Assembly (NCBI GenBank): GCA_951406725.2
Contig: OX597825.1
Location: 58,466,001 to 58,530,000 of the forward strand
Length of the DNA stretch: 64,000 nucleotides
Origin: Octopus vulgaris
Taxonomy: Eukaryota
Direction: 5' to 3'
A program made the position numbers and the translations under genes. Below the pieces are notes generated by a model, which was not told the DNA's origin, made no database searches, and was given only the letters and a program-made list of their open reading frames with translations. Below are positions 13,377 to 24,849 of this stretch, piece after piece; the stretch's first letter is position 1; the number at the start of each line of letters is the position of its first letter.

Positions 13377-13630
13377 TAATGTGTAAATATTGGATTAAAA
13401 ACCCTTTCGTTAGTAAAGGTCAAAGGCTGTCTCCGGCATGCGCCATGATAGATCGGTAGCCACCAAACCTTTTTCTATTTTCTCTCCCTGTTTATTTTCT
13501 ATGTTTCTTTCTGTTGAAGAGTGTAGGCTCGAAACCTAAAAGACTTTCTCACTTCCCAAGCATTAAACCAATACATTTATTTGTTATTTACACATTAGTC
13601 TTCGTCTTTTGTTTCTTTTGTAAATTCTCA
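13377..13630 (+). mobile_element. PLE pseudo-LTR-like remnant with degenerate minimal hammerhead (13506-13543)
   Basis: TCTTT-CTGTTGA-A-GAGT-GTAG-GCTC-GAAAC-CTA-AAAGA; short inverted arm TAATGTGTAAATA (13377) versus TATTTACACATTA (13585). Confidence 0.55.
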
Positions 13631-13637
13631 ATATGTA

Positions 13638-13679
<42 letters not shown>

Positions 13680-13685
<6 letters not shown>

Positions 13686-15335
13686 ACCACAAAAGAAATG
13701 TCACATACATTAACTGCAACAGTTGTAAGGGACCATGTTTGATTTTTGCAGATAATAAATTTTTATTAAATGTTAAATCTCCATTTTCTTACTTTCTTTT
13801 GAATGATTATAAACCATGATTTATATATAAACCTATGGTTTTATGAAGAATATTATTCACAATAAATATTAGGTATTAAATAGAAACTGGTTTTTCAACA
13901 GACTGCAATAGCATTGATTGAAGAGTGCTAATTAAGAAACTGTTCTTTCCTAATGATAAAACGTCATTTCCTGAAACATATTTGACGTCACATGGTGTCA
14001 CATGATGACACGAACTCAATATCTAGTGTGACCATCATTAGCATTGATTACCACCTGGCATCTTCTGTACATTGAATGCACCAAACGATGAAGATAGCAG
14101 CCCACACTCTGTTAAAGCTTGCAGTGAGTTGTGCCACAGTTGTTAGCCTTGGATGGATGTCATTTAGCCTTCTTTGGATTTCGTCCCACAGGTGTTCTAT
14201 GGGGTTCATGGTAGGCCATGGTAGTGTCTGGATGTTATGTTGTTGGATCAAGTTTGTTGTCAACCTAGCAGTATGGGCACAGGTGTTGTCATGTTGAAAC
14301 ACCTGATTCTGATGATGGGAAATGTATGACACAATGTGAGGCCTCAATATTTGGTCGGTGTAGCATGCAGCAGTTACTCTATTGCCTCAGCCTTGGCTGA
14401 TGTTTTGGAAGACCACCGGTCCAAGTTTCTGGGGTAAGTGTAATCCTGACCCATACCATAATGTTCTGTCCTCCCCATGAGTCTCTCTCCACCACAGCTA
14501 TCGGCATGACGTTCACCCCTTCTCCAAACTCTAGCTCTGTCATCTGCCACAGAAATGTAATATTGACTTTCATCAGAGAAGACTACAGTTCTCCACTGAT
14601 GATATCGTGAGTTCTGACATTTTTGAACCCACTGTAGACATGCCCGTCGATGATGGTCTGTGAAAATGGGAACCCCTAGCCGGACATCGATAAGACAGAT
14701 TGAAAGATCCAGCCGGCGGCGAACTGTCTCTGCACAAATGGGTCTGTAGTGAGTCCCTATGGTCTGCCTAGCTGATTCTGTTACCCCCTAGAATCAGTCC
14801 TACAAGTGCTGTTGGTGCAGGTAGTGATCTTGACATGCTGTTTTAACCTTCGGTTGGCCACTGTATGGATGATCATCCATTCTGTTTGCGGCATTGTATC
14901 ATTCCCTCAGCTGCTCAGTTGTCCGAATACTGCAGTTCAAGTCATTAACAATGACCCATGGACATTGACCAGCGTGGAGATGTCCAATGGCTTGCACCCT
15001 CTGATTTCTGTCAGTCCCGGCATGCTTGCTGTGTTCGACAAATGAGTGACAGCTTGGTAAATTTGAGTGCCTTTTATACCCAGTGAGCCAACCTTTTGCA
15101 CGTGTAGCATGCTTTTCATAAAGGTGTGTTCGCAAGTATTACCATCTTCACAAAAAGTGAGCAAGTTTGATACCTGCATGCAATCCTTGTTTTTTCAAAA
15201 GAGAGTGGTATTGTGGGTCAGTGACATCTTCCTGATGTCAAATTACCTAGAAATGTGATAAAATCCATATAATCTCAATATCGTGTGTGAAACAAATAAT
15301 CTTTTATAGTGCGACATTTCTTTTGTAGTTCAGTA
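13680..15335 (-). mobile_element. Tc1-family DNA transposon, full length, with disrupted transposase
   Basis: TIRs ACTGAACCACAAAAGAAATGTCAC / GCGACATTTCTTTTGTAGTTCAGT in TA context. ORF 14048-14347 has FQHDN...HTA...LPWP..MNPIEHLW (DD34E-type), with VFSDE upstream. Confidence 0.9.
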
Positions 15336-15345
15336 TATATATATA

Positions 15346-15700
15346 CATTCAATTAAAGGCTAAATTAGCCTCATTAAGGAATGGTATCATCCAATGAATT
15401 ACTGGTTTGATACCTAATATTTGTTGTGAATAATAATATTCATAAAACCATAGGTTTATATATAAATCATGGTTTATAATCATTCAAAAGAAAGTAAGAA
15501 AATGGAGATTTAACATTTAATAAAAATTTATTATCAGCAAAATTCAAACATGGTCCCTTACATCTGTTGCAGTTAAGCCTAATAGAGTTATATAGTAATT
15601 ATTAAAATCATTATGTTAGGCAAAATCTCTTCAGAAGGGTCGTAAAAAGACATACCATTAGGTTTTTAAGTATTGTATGTTAGAATCGTCACAGTCTGCT
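15346..15700 (-). mobile_element. PLE pseudo-LTR-like element with degenerate hammerhead (15555-15639)
   Basis: Minus strand: CCCTT-CTGAAGA-...GCCTAA..TTAGGC..-GCAAC-AGAT-GTA-AGGG. 171 bp of it is duplicated in inverted orientation at 13710-13880. Confidence 0.55.
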
Positions 15701-16140
15701 GTGATGATTATGGCCACAAACATAGCACAAGTATATGTACTGACAGGAAGGGGGGGGGGGTAAAAGCTATATACCATCTGGTTGGATTTGACTTACCTAT
15801 AAGCAATGGAATGGTATTTCTGATGAGCTTTAATTTTAAGTGAAATTGGCTTGCCAATTTAGTACCTTTGCTTGCCATAGGGTGGTTAACACCCCTGTCA
15901 GTACATAGACTTGTGCTATGTTTGTGGCTACAAGGGTCTTTGACTCTTATTTCTAACAATGTAGTATTTCGCCTGTTGCTATGTTCTGAGTTTAAATTCT
16001 GCAGAGGTCAACTTTGCCTTTCATCCTTTCAGGGTCGATAAAATAAATACCAGTTGAGCACTGGGGCCAATGTAATAATCTAGTCCCCTCCCACCAAAAT
16101 TTCTGGCCCTTGTGGCTTTAGTAGAAAGGATTATTATTAA

Positions 16141-16191
<51 letters not shown>

Positions 16192-16251
16192 GGTTTGGCA
16201 GAATTAATTGAAATTCAAAAGGCCTTTATTTACATTGCTTTTGTGTGCTGA

Positions 16252-16576
16252 AGTGAAGGCACATAACTTTGTGGTTAAGGTATTTGGTTTACAATCATAA
16301 GGTCGTGAGTTCAATTCCCGGCGGGGCATTGTGTCCTTGAGCAAGACACTTTATTTCATGTTGCTTCAGTCTACTCAGCTGGCAAAAATAAATAGTACCT
16401 GTATTTCAAAGGGCCAGCCTTGTCACACCCTGTGTCATGCTGAATCTCCTTGAGAACTACGTTAAGGGTACACGTGTATGTGGAGTGTTCAGCCACTTGC
16501 ATGTTAATTTCATGAGCAGGCTGTTCCGTTGATCGGATCAACTGGGACCCTCACCATCATAACCGATGGAGTACCA
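16252..16576 (+). mobile_element. tRNA-derived SINE (family D head; tail shared with 54900-55219)
   Basis: GTGAAGGCACAT..GTGGTTAAGG...GAGTTCAATTCCC; tail GAGAACTACGTTAAGGGTACAC. Confidence 0.8.
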
Positions 16577-17253
16577 TAAATCTACTGAGATCAAACTTGC
16601 TTCTTATACTTTGTGACTTAATAATATAGGTACAAAGTACTGAGATCAATATAATCAGTTAGACCAAATTTGTGACCTCCAACAAACGAGGGGAAGGGGC
16701 AATAGGTTGGTTGAACTGTTACAGTGTTGGATTGAAGTCATTACAGTATTTTGTCATAGCTCTTTACACTCTGAGTTCAAATCCCAATGATGTTGAAATG
16801 ACTTTACATTCTTTTGGTGTCAATGCACTGGGATTGATTTCCTCAACAGCTCCTTCTTGTGCCAGCAAATGTGTGGCATTGTGCTAGAATCTGTTTGAGA
16901 GTGAGAGGGTGGGCAGGGTGTGGTGGACAGTGGGGAGTGAGAGGGAGGGAGGTTCATGCCTCACCATAAATGACCAAAGGAAATGACTGAAAAACAGAAA
17001 CGCTATGTGTGAAGAATCAATAAATTGATGAAAATTGATAAATATGTAAACATATTTTCATATGCCAAGATCAAAAAATCAACACACGCATACACACAAG
17101 CATATACACACACAACAAATACTCATACACAAAGAGGTACATTTATGAACATATCTATCAATGTTTATTTTTCTTTTACAAACAAATACGAGTATTCAAA
17201 GACATAAACATACATCTGTTTATCTTTCTCTCTTTCTCTATCTATCTATCTGC

Positions 17254-17322
<69 letters not shown>

Positions 17323-17324
<2 letters not shown>

Positions 17325-17555
17325 ATTTCTTTACTGCCCACAAGGGGCTACACACAGAGGGGAAAAACAAGGACAGACAAACAGATTAAGTTGATTATAT
17401 TGACCTCAATATGTAACTGGTACTTATTTAATCGACCCCAAAAGGATGAAAGGCAAAGTCGGCACGGTGGAATTTGAACTCAGAACATAGCGGCAGACGA
17501 AATACCACTAAGCATTTCGCCCCACGTACTAACGTTTCTGCCAGCTCACCACCTT
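17323..17555 (-). mobile_element. SINE family B
   Basis: Nin/Deu-like core on the minus strand, between (TCTA)n tracts. Confidence 0.8.
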
Positions 17556-18299
17556 GTATATATATATCTATCTATCTATCTGTCTATCTATCTATCTATT
17601 TATCTATCTATCTATCTCCCCCTTTCTCTATCTATCTACCTGTCTACACATACACTTACTCACAGCAATAAATATACATATATATTATATATTTATATAT
17701 GGTAATTAGAGAAATAACTACTTTGCAATTTCAATGAAAGTATTTTTTTTGTTTTTGTGCAAAGTGATTAGCAGAGAGCTCAATTAAATCACAAGATAAA
17801 AAAAAGGTCAGATTTAGAGCGATAATGTAATGATATATGATTATTGCTAAAATGAAAGGTAAATAAAATCGGACAACATATTGAACTAAGATACAGAATA
17901 TATTATGCCAATTTTTTAATGGGTAGCTTCATTATATTGTCGAGTGTCTCTTCATTTTAATTGCAGACTGATGGCATTACATGAATACATACATATGCAT
18001 ATGTATGTAAGTATATATGTGTATGTATGTGTATACTAACACTACAGTACTTGCCACAAATACTCACCTTCGTATGAATGCACACACCCATAGAACTGCA
18101 CAGACACACACGAATTTACTTAATAAAACAGTTAATCATACATAAATGTTATATATTGCTTACACTTGTATAATACATTGTAATATGTTCATGTGCTATA
18201 CTCATGCATGTGTGTGTGTATCTCTCTCTCTTTTTCTCTCTCTCTCTATATATATATATGTATACATATATATATATAGAGAGAGAGATGAGAGAGAGG

Positions 18300-18457
18300 G
18301 AGGCATGACTGTGTGGTAAGAAGCTTGCTTCCCAACCACATGCTTTTAGGTTCAGTCCCATTGTATGGCACCTTGGGCAAGTGTCTTCTACTCTAGCCTT
18401 GGGCCAACCAAAGCCTTGTGAGTGGATTTGGTAGGCAGTAACTGAAAAAAGCCCATC

Positions 18458-18513
<56 letters not shown>

Positions 18514-18690
18514 ATATCTGTGTTTGTCCTCATAACATAGTGGCTCGGCAAAAGAGACCGATAGAATAAGTACTAGGTTTACAAAAAAATAAGTCCTGGG
18601 TTTGATTTCTTTGAATGAAAACCTTTTAAGGCAGTGCTCCAGCATGGCCGCAGTCAAATGACTGAAACAAGTAAAAGAATATAAAAGAAC
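18300..18690 (+). mobile_element. SINE family A
   Basis: Head GGCATGACTGTGTGGTAAGAAGC, internal (TA)n(TG)n, tail GAAACAAGTAAAAGA. Confidence 0.9.
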
Positions 18691-19799
18691 ATATATATAT
18701 GCAATACACTTTGTAGTAGACTGTTGGTATTGCATTCATCATGTCCATCACGACAGAACCAATATACACACATACATAAATACATACACATACACACATG
18801 CACACACACATAGATACATACACACATACATGAGTATGTATATGCATACACACACAGACGCTCACATGAATAAACCTCTGTAAGTATTCTCGTTTATTGC
18901 TCAAAAGTAATTGATTATTTCTTGCAAGTCAGAAGACAAAGTTGACTTTTAGGAAATTCGCTAATATCAGGAATATTCTGAAGCGATGAAGGAAATCTCA
19001 GAAACTAATTCGATGTTGTTGGGCTTTTTCTTTTCTTTTTTTTTGTTGTTATTTTTTTTCAATATAGAGAATCTGATAACTTTGATCTAGACACTAGGCA
19101 AAACTATGATTTTAAGTACATGTGGCTTATTAACGAGGTTCGTTCAAAAAGTAGTGGACATATTAGATTGGTGTGACAGAGTACTTATATGTACGAATGG
19201 CAAGGGAAGAGGACATCTGTAAACCGATAATGTAATAACTGCTTTCCCACATCGATGTGAAAGCATGAGATATATTGATGTAATGTTCTGATGTTTATGT
19301 AATTTATAAAGGCTTTAAGTAAATGAAATACATAGAATCGTTTGAACGGAGATGAGTCAACGATATAAGCAGAATTGTTTGAAACTAGACTTGAAAAAGA
19401 AAACCCAATAGCAATTTTCGCTCTTCAGAGACTTAACCACACTCTTTTAAACAGGTTTTGTTTCAACATTGTATTCATGGTGAAAACCCATAACTGTTTG
19501 GTATAATCACACACACATTTTGAAATGCTTGTTTATTCTGGTCTATTTTACGATGTTATATTTGACTTGATGTGTCTGACTGCTATATTCGACTTGTTAT
19601 AGGGCATAACAGCCATTTCGACACCATCTAATAAAGTGAATGATTGCAGGAACTCATTTGTGGTAGAAGAGGTTGTTACATAATATGGCAGATATTTTCT
19701 GAATATGATGGATCAGAGATTTATTCTTTTTTTTTATATATTTCAATGCTTTAGCCTTATGATGAGTCCTAGGTAAATTATAATTAAATATAACACCAG

Positions 19800-19864
<65 letters not shown>

Positions 19865-19870
19865 ATATAC

Positions 19871-20038
19871 ATGTTTTTATGTGCTAACAGTTTCATATGT
19901 CGAGAACTGCCCCAAACATATTCATCAGTAACAAGCCATATATCATAATGAGTTCTTTACGATATATGTGGTTTGTGCTTGATGAATATGTTTGAGGTAT
20001 TTTCAACACATGAAACTATTACTAGCGCATAAAAACAT
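19871..20038. mobile_element. Head-to-head fold-back pair of eroded hammerhead-bearing pseudo-LTRs
   Basis: Arms 19871-19948 and 19957-20038. Minus arm reads CTGATGA-ATATGT..ACATAT-GAAAC-TGTT-AGCAC; plus arm reads TTGATGA...GAAAC. Confidence 0.7.
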
Positions 20039-20134
20039 ACATTGTGTCTATTAGATAATATTTATCTCTCACCACATGGAGTACTTTTTAGTTGATCACG
20101 GAACAGTACATTATATATATATGATCACGGAATA

Positions 20135-20177
<43 letters not shown>

Positions 20178-20328
20178 TAAATAAATAGAGTTGAACGCTG
20201 ATGCTATTCAAATTCTTTTACTTTTGACATATGTTTCAAAGACAACATTGGTTTTATAGCGTTCTGTTTATCATTTATGCAGTCAGCAAAATTGTTATGA
20301 TGTTTTGTTGTTGAGATAGGTTCTCTTT

Positions 20329-20414
20329 CTTTCCTGATGAGAAGATTGCATTTTTTTACACCGTTTATTCCTTTGGAATAAAACCAATATTGTCTTCGAA
20401 ACATATGTCGAAAG
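20329..20414 (+). ncRNA. Minimal type-I hammerhead ribozyme (intact core)
   Basis: Stem I CTTTC/GAAAG; CTGATGA 20334-20340; stem II GAAGA/TCTTC; GAAAC 20398-20402; palindromic ACATATGT stem III; cleavage triplet GTC 20407-20409. Confidence 0.85.
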
Positions 20415-20667
20415 TAAAAGAATTTGAATAGCATTTGCGTTCAATTCCATTTATTTACTTATACTATACAAATTACTGCACATTAACCCAGAGTTTCTAC
20501 CTTTGAATAGGTCACTACATCCTTGTTACTTGCATGAATTTTGCTACCCTGGTAACTGTTTATTGGATTTTCCATGTTAACGGTAAACAAAGGATAATTC
20601 ATTCATCCATTTACATATATATATATATATATATACATATATTATTCTTATACAAGAATGTTGTTGA

Positions 20668-20710
20668 CAGTGACTTTGAAGTTTCGGCCAGCTAAGCCAT
20701 CATCAGACTG
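20668..20710 (-). ncRNA. Minimal type-I hammerhead ribozyme (intact core)
   Basis: Minus strand: CAGT-CTGATGA-T-GGC..GCC-GAAAC-TTCAAA-GTC-ACTG. It lies in a fold-back with arms 20641-20693 and 20718-20770. Confidence 0.8.
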
Positions 20711-21108
20711 CTAGATAAGCTGGCCAAAACTCCAAAGTTACTGTCAACAACATTCTTGTATAGGAATAATAAATTTGTACTGCTCACAACTGAGATTTTA
20801 TCCAATGAATGACTGTTGTTCACATGATTGTTCTGTAGCCTGTCTGGAACTTTCCGTGAACACACCCTATAAAGCTGCAAGTGTACCCCACTGAAAAGAC
20901 CAAAAGAGCAAAAACGAATTTGATGCTCTTGCTGACCACTGCTGGGACAAGTTTTCATCTCTGATATTTATTGTTTTTAACACAGTAAGTCCATAACAAA
21001 TGTTATCTCAGGACAAATACTGCAGTAACTTGCCTATTAACAGTGTATCTATATTATACTATAAAGATGGTAATTTTAGTTAGAAATTGCCTCAGTTGTA
21101 TTTATCAG

Positions 21109-21154
<46 letters not shown>

Positions 21155-21161
21155 GATAATT

Positions 21162-21572
21162 GTGGAGGGTGTCTGTGGAAGGGGTAGACCCAGGAAGGTG
21201 TGGGATGAAGTGGTGAGAAAGGATCTTTAGACTAGGAGATGTGGCAGTTTGCTGTACTTGATAAAACATGTCAAGCTAAGTGAAATCACTGTTTTCCATG
21301 TATACAGGCTTGGCCTTTCAGGTGGCAGCGCTACTTAAAAATCACCCTTGCTGGTGCTGCGTTAATATATACACTTGTGTTGGTGCTGCATAAATGCACC
21401 CATTCTGGTGGCAGGCAAAAAGCACCCAGCACACTCTGTTAAGTGGTTGGCATTAGGAAGGGCATCCATGCTTCAACAGATAGCAGGAGTCTGGACATTT
21501 CAATGCTAACGAGCTCCATATCAAACTGTCCAACCCATGTCAGCATGGAAAGTAGAAGTTAAACAATGATGC
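21162..21572 (+). mobile_element. 5'-truncated RTE-clade LINE 3' end
   Basis: VEGVCGRGRPRKVWDEVVRKDL* (RTE C-terminal RGRP..W motif), followed by the AGGAAGGGCATCC 3' module and a (GAT) tail. Confidence 0.75.
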
Positions 21573-21583
21573 TATATATATAT

Positions 21584-21744
21584 AGGTGTAGGAGTAGCTG
21601 TGTGGTAAGTAGCTTGTTTACCAACCACATGGTTCCAGGTTCAGTCCCACTGCGTGGCACCTTGGGCAAGTGTCTTCTACTATAGTCTCAGGTCGACCAA
21701 AGCCTTGTGAGTGGATTTGGTAGACGGAAACTCAAAAAGCCTGT

Positions 21745-21810
<66 letters not shown>

Positions 21811-22035
21811 AGTGTGTGTGTGTGTGTCTGTGTGTCTGTGTTTGTCCCCCCAACATTGCTTGGCAACCAATGCTGGTGTGCTTACGTCACTGTAACTTAG
21901 TGGTTCGGCAAAAGAGACCGATAGAATAAGTACTAGGTTAACAAAGAATAAGTCCTGGGGTCGATTTGCTTGGCTAAAGGTGGTGCTCCAGCATGGCCTT
22001 AGTCAAATGACTGGAACAAGTAAAAGAGTAAAAGA
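21584..22035 (+). mobile_element. SINE family A, full length
   Basis: A/B-box head, CORE-like segment, internal (TA)n(TG)n, (TAAAAGAG)n-like tail. Confidence 0.9.
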
Positions 22036-22763
22036 ATATATATATATATACATACATACATAACACTGCAAATCTCTTACATTTTCACTCAGTGGAGTCT
22101 CAGTAGCTCATCTGTTTCATTGAGGTAATCTTCTTTGTGTAATGGTCTGATTACATCAAGATCCACCTCCAGTTTCACAGTTTACAGATTCATGTAACAG
22201 ATCGATTAATCGAGGAAGTTCCCATTTGTTGACGTAATAAATTCTTTTCTTTTCTTCTCTTTTTGGTGGGAAAGCTGCTTCCCCCTCCCTCCCATTGCAA
22301 ATTGAATTAGAAGGATTAAAATAGCAAACGTTCATGTGTTCTTTGGTTTTCAGTAAGCAGGACTGAAAATGAAGCTGAAGCAATCCAAGGAAAATACTAA
22401 AATAGACTTGGGTATTCCAAGAAAGCAAAATGAATATATAAATGCTTAAAAGTCACTTATTAAATGTCATTAAATGGAAACATAATGATTTAATATGTTC
22501 TTTGGTTAAAAATGTTCAAATTCATTTTTATAATTTTTTTTGTGTGTTTCCAGTTTTATTATTATTATTTTAAAAAGATCATTATTTTTTTTAAATAAAA
22601 GGAACCATTGTCATTATTATTCCTTTCATCCTTTCATAGTAGATAAGATAAGAACTAGTTAAGTACCGAGGTTGATGCAATGGACTAGCCCCTCCCCTCT
22701 CTCCCTTCCCCAGAAAAAATCTCAGGCCTTGTACCTATAGTATAAAAGGTTATTATTATTACA

Positions 22764-22796
<33 letters not shown>

Positions 22797-22808
22797 ATTA
22801 TTATTATT

Positions 22809-23364
22809 GAGTGAGAGCGCAGTGCATGCCATCAAAGTGACACTGGGGTAAAATATACGAAGCCCAGTATACCCATCATGACTACCCATCTGATAAGGGT
22901 ACACTAGGCACATGCATCACAACCATGTGTGCGCGACATGGTGATCTCATATCAAGATAAACAGCACATGACCTTGCAGGTGGGGCCCAGTTAGAATTTT
23001 CTTCATGTCAAGTAACCCATCCCACTCGAAAGGTCCCTGAATAAGGGTTGTTTAAGGATGTTGAACGAAACACCTATGTTTCCAGAGGTGAATTATTCAA
23101 ACCCCAAAGAATCCCTCTCAACACACGGCTATGATGCTCCCCCACTACTTCTGCTCATGATCAGAGATGCACATATTGTCAGCCACTAAGGGACATGCAC
23201 AACTGGTTAAGGTCAAACAACTGACAAGCAAATCTGTGGTATTGAGCAGAATATTTGCTGTAGCCCATCTTTTATACCAAGACAAAACAATGTACATGAT
23301 AACACTTCCAATCAGTTAAGATCAGAAGCCATGAGAGCCACTGCCTGGTACTGCATCAGGGCAT
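22809..23364 (-). mobile_element. 556-bp non-coding element inserted in a (TTA)n tract; second copy at 59905-60400
   Basis: Bounded by (TTA)n on both sides; the reverse complement aligns with 59905-60400. Confidence 0.8.
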
Positions 23365-23432
23365 TTATTATTATTATTATTATTATTATTATAATTATTA
23401 TTATTATTATTATTATTATCATCATCATTATT

Positions 23433-23847
23433 TAAGGCGGTGAGCTGGCAGAAACATTAGCTAACCGGGTGAAATGCTTAGCGGTATTTGCATTCTGAGT
23501 TCAAATTCCGCTGAGGTCAACTTTGCCTTTCCTCCTTTTGGGGTCGATAAATTAAGTACCAGTTGCGTACTGGGGTTAATCTAATCGATTAGCCCACTGC
23601 CCCAAAATTTTGGACCTTGTGCTTTTAGTAGAAAAGAATCGTTAGCACACTGGGCAAAATGCTTAGCAGCATTTCATCTGTCTTTATGTTACATTCTCTG
23701 TTCAAATTCCGCCAAGGTCAACTTTGCCTTTCATCCTTTTGGGGTCGTTAAATTAAGTACCGGTTGAGTATTGGAGTCAGTTGATCGATTTACCCCTCCT
23801 TCAACATTTCGGGCCTTGTGCCTTTAGTTGAAAGGATAATTATTATA

Positions 23848-23883
<36 letters not shown>

Positions 23884-23890
23884 GTTATTA
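23433..23890 (+). mobile_element. Tandem SINE family B copies with (TTA)n tail
   Basis: Two Nin/Deu-like cores. Confidence 0.8.
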
Positions 23891-24177
23891 TTTAATGTTT
23901 CTGGTAATCCTTCCTATTACATTTGCTCACTATAGGCAATTTACAATGTTTTTACAGAAGTGAGGTAGTAAGATTATTTTGTTTGTAGGCCTTTGAAGTA
24001 ATATTGATTACTTCATCATTAAAGTTAAAACAAAAGTATTGCTATTTAAAAAAAAGTTGAACCTTTAAATAGAAAATAAAAATAAATACAAAATATTGAT
24101 GAGTTATTGGACACATTGATTTTAATAAGTGGCTTTTATGCTTGACTTACTTGCTTATTTGCTTGACTTACTCGGGG

Positions 24178-24402
24178 TACTCTTTTACTCTTTTACTTGT
24201 TTCAGTCATTTGACTGCAGCCATGCTGGAGCACCACCTTTAGTCAAGCAAATCGATCCCCAGGACTTATTCTTTGTAAGCCTTGTACTTATTCTATCATT
24301 CTCTTTTGCCGAACTGCTAAGTTATGGGGATGTAAACACACCAGCATCAGTTGCCAAGTAATGTTGGGGGGGACAAACACAGACACACAAACATATACAT
24401 AC

Positions 24403-24442
<40 letters not shown>

Positions 24443-24606
24443 GATGGGCTTCTTTCAGTTTCCGTCTACCAAATCCACTCACAAGGCTTTGGTCGGCCTG
24501 AGGCTATAGTAGAAGACACTTGCCCAAGGTGCCACGCAGTCGGACTGAACCTGGAACCATGTGGTTGGTAAGCAAGCTACTTATCATACAGCCACTCCTG
24601 CACCTG
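24178..24606 (-). mobile_element. SINE family A, full length
   Basis: Reverse complement of the 21584 copy. Confidence 0.9.
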
Positions 24607-24849
24607 TATATCTATAAAATGAAAAAAAAATACATGTAAATCCCTACCATTTATTTGGTGTAGATGGGTAATATCAAATAATTCAATCACAATATATATT
24701 TAAATTAAACATGAAAAAAATTGAAATATCATCACTTACATGGAAAAATAGAAATATTATCTTTCAGTAGTTTATAAGGTAAAATCTTAAATTATTAATT
24801 AATATATTATCAATTATCTTATAAAAGCAATGCCTGGAAAAATCATGGA

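Noticed and set aside
19131-19160. Mariner-like terminus CGAGGTTCGTTCAAAAAGT
   Set aside because: No matching opposite TIR or transposase sequence found.
19410-19790. HHR-like fragments (minus CTGAAGAGCGAAA near 19420; ATGATGAGTCC near 19760)
   Set aside because: Stems II/III or the GAAA element are missing.
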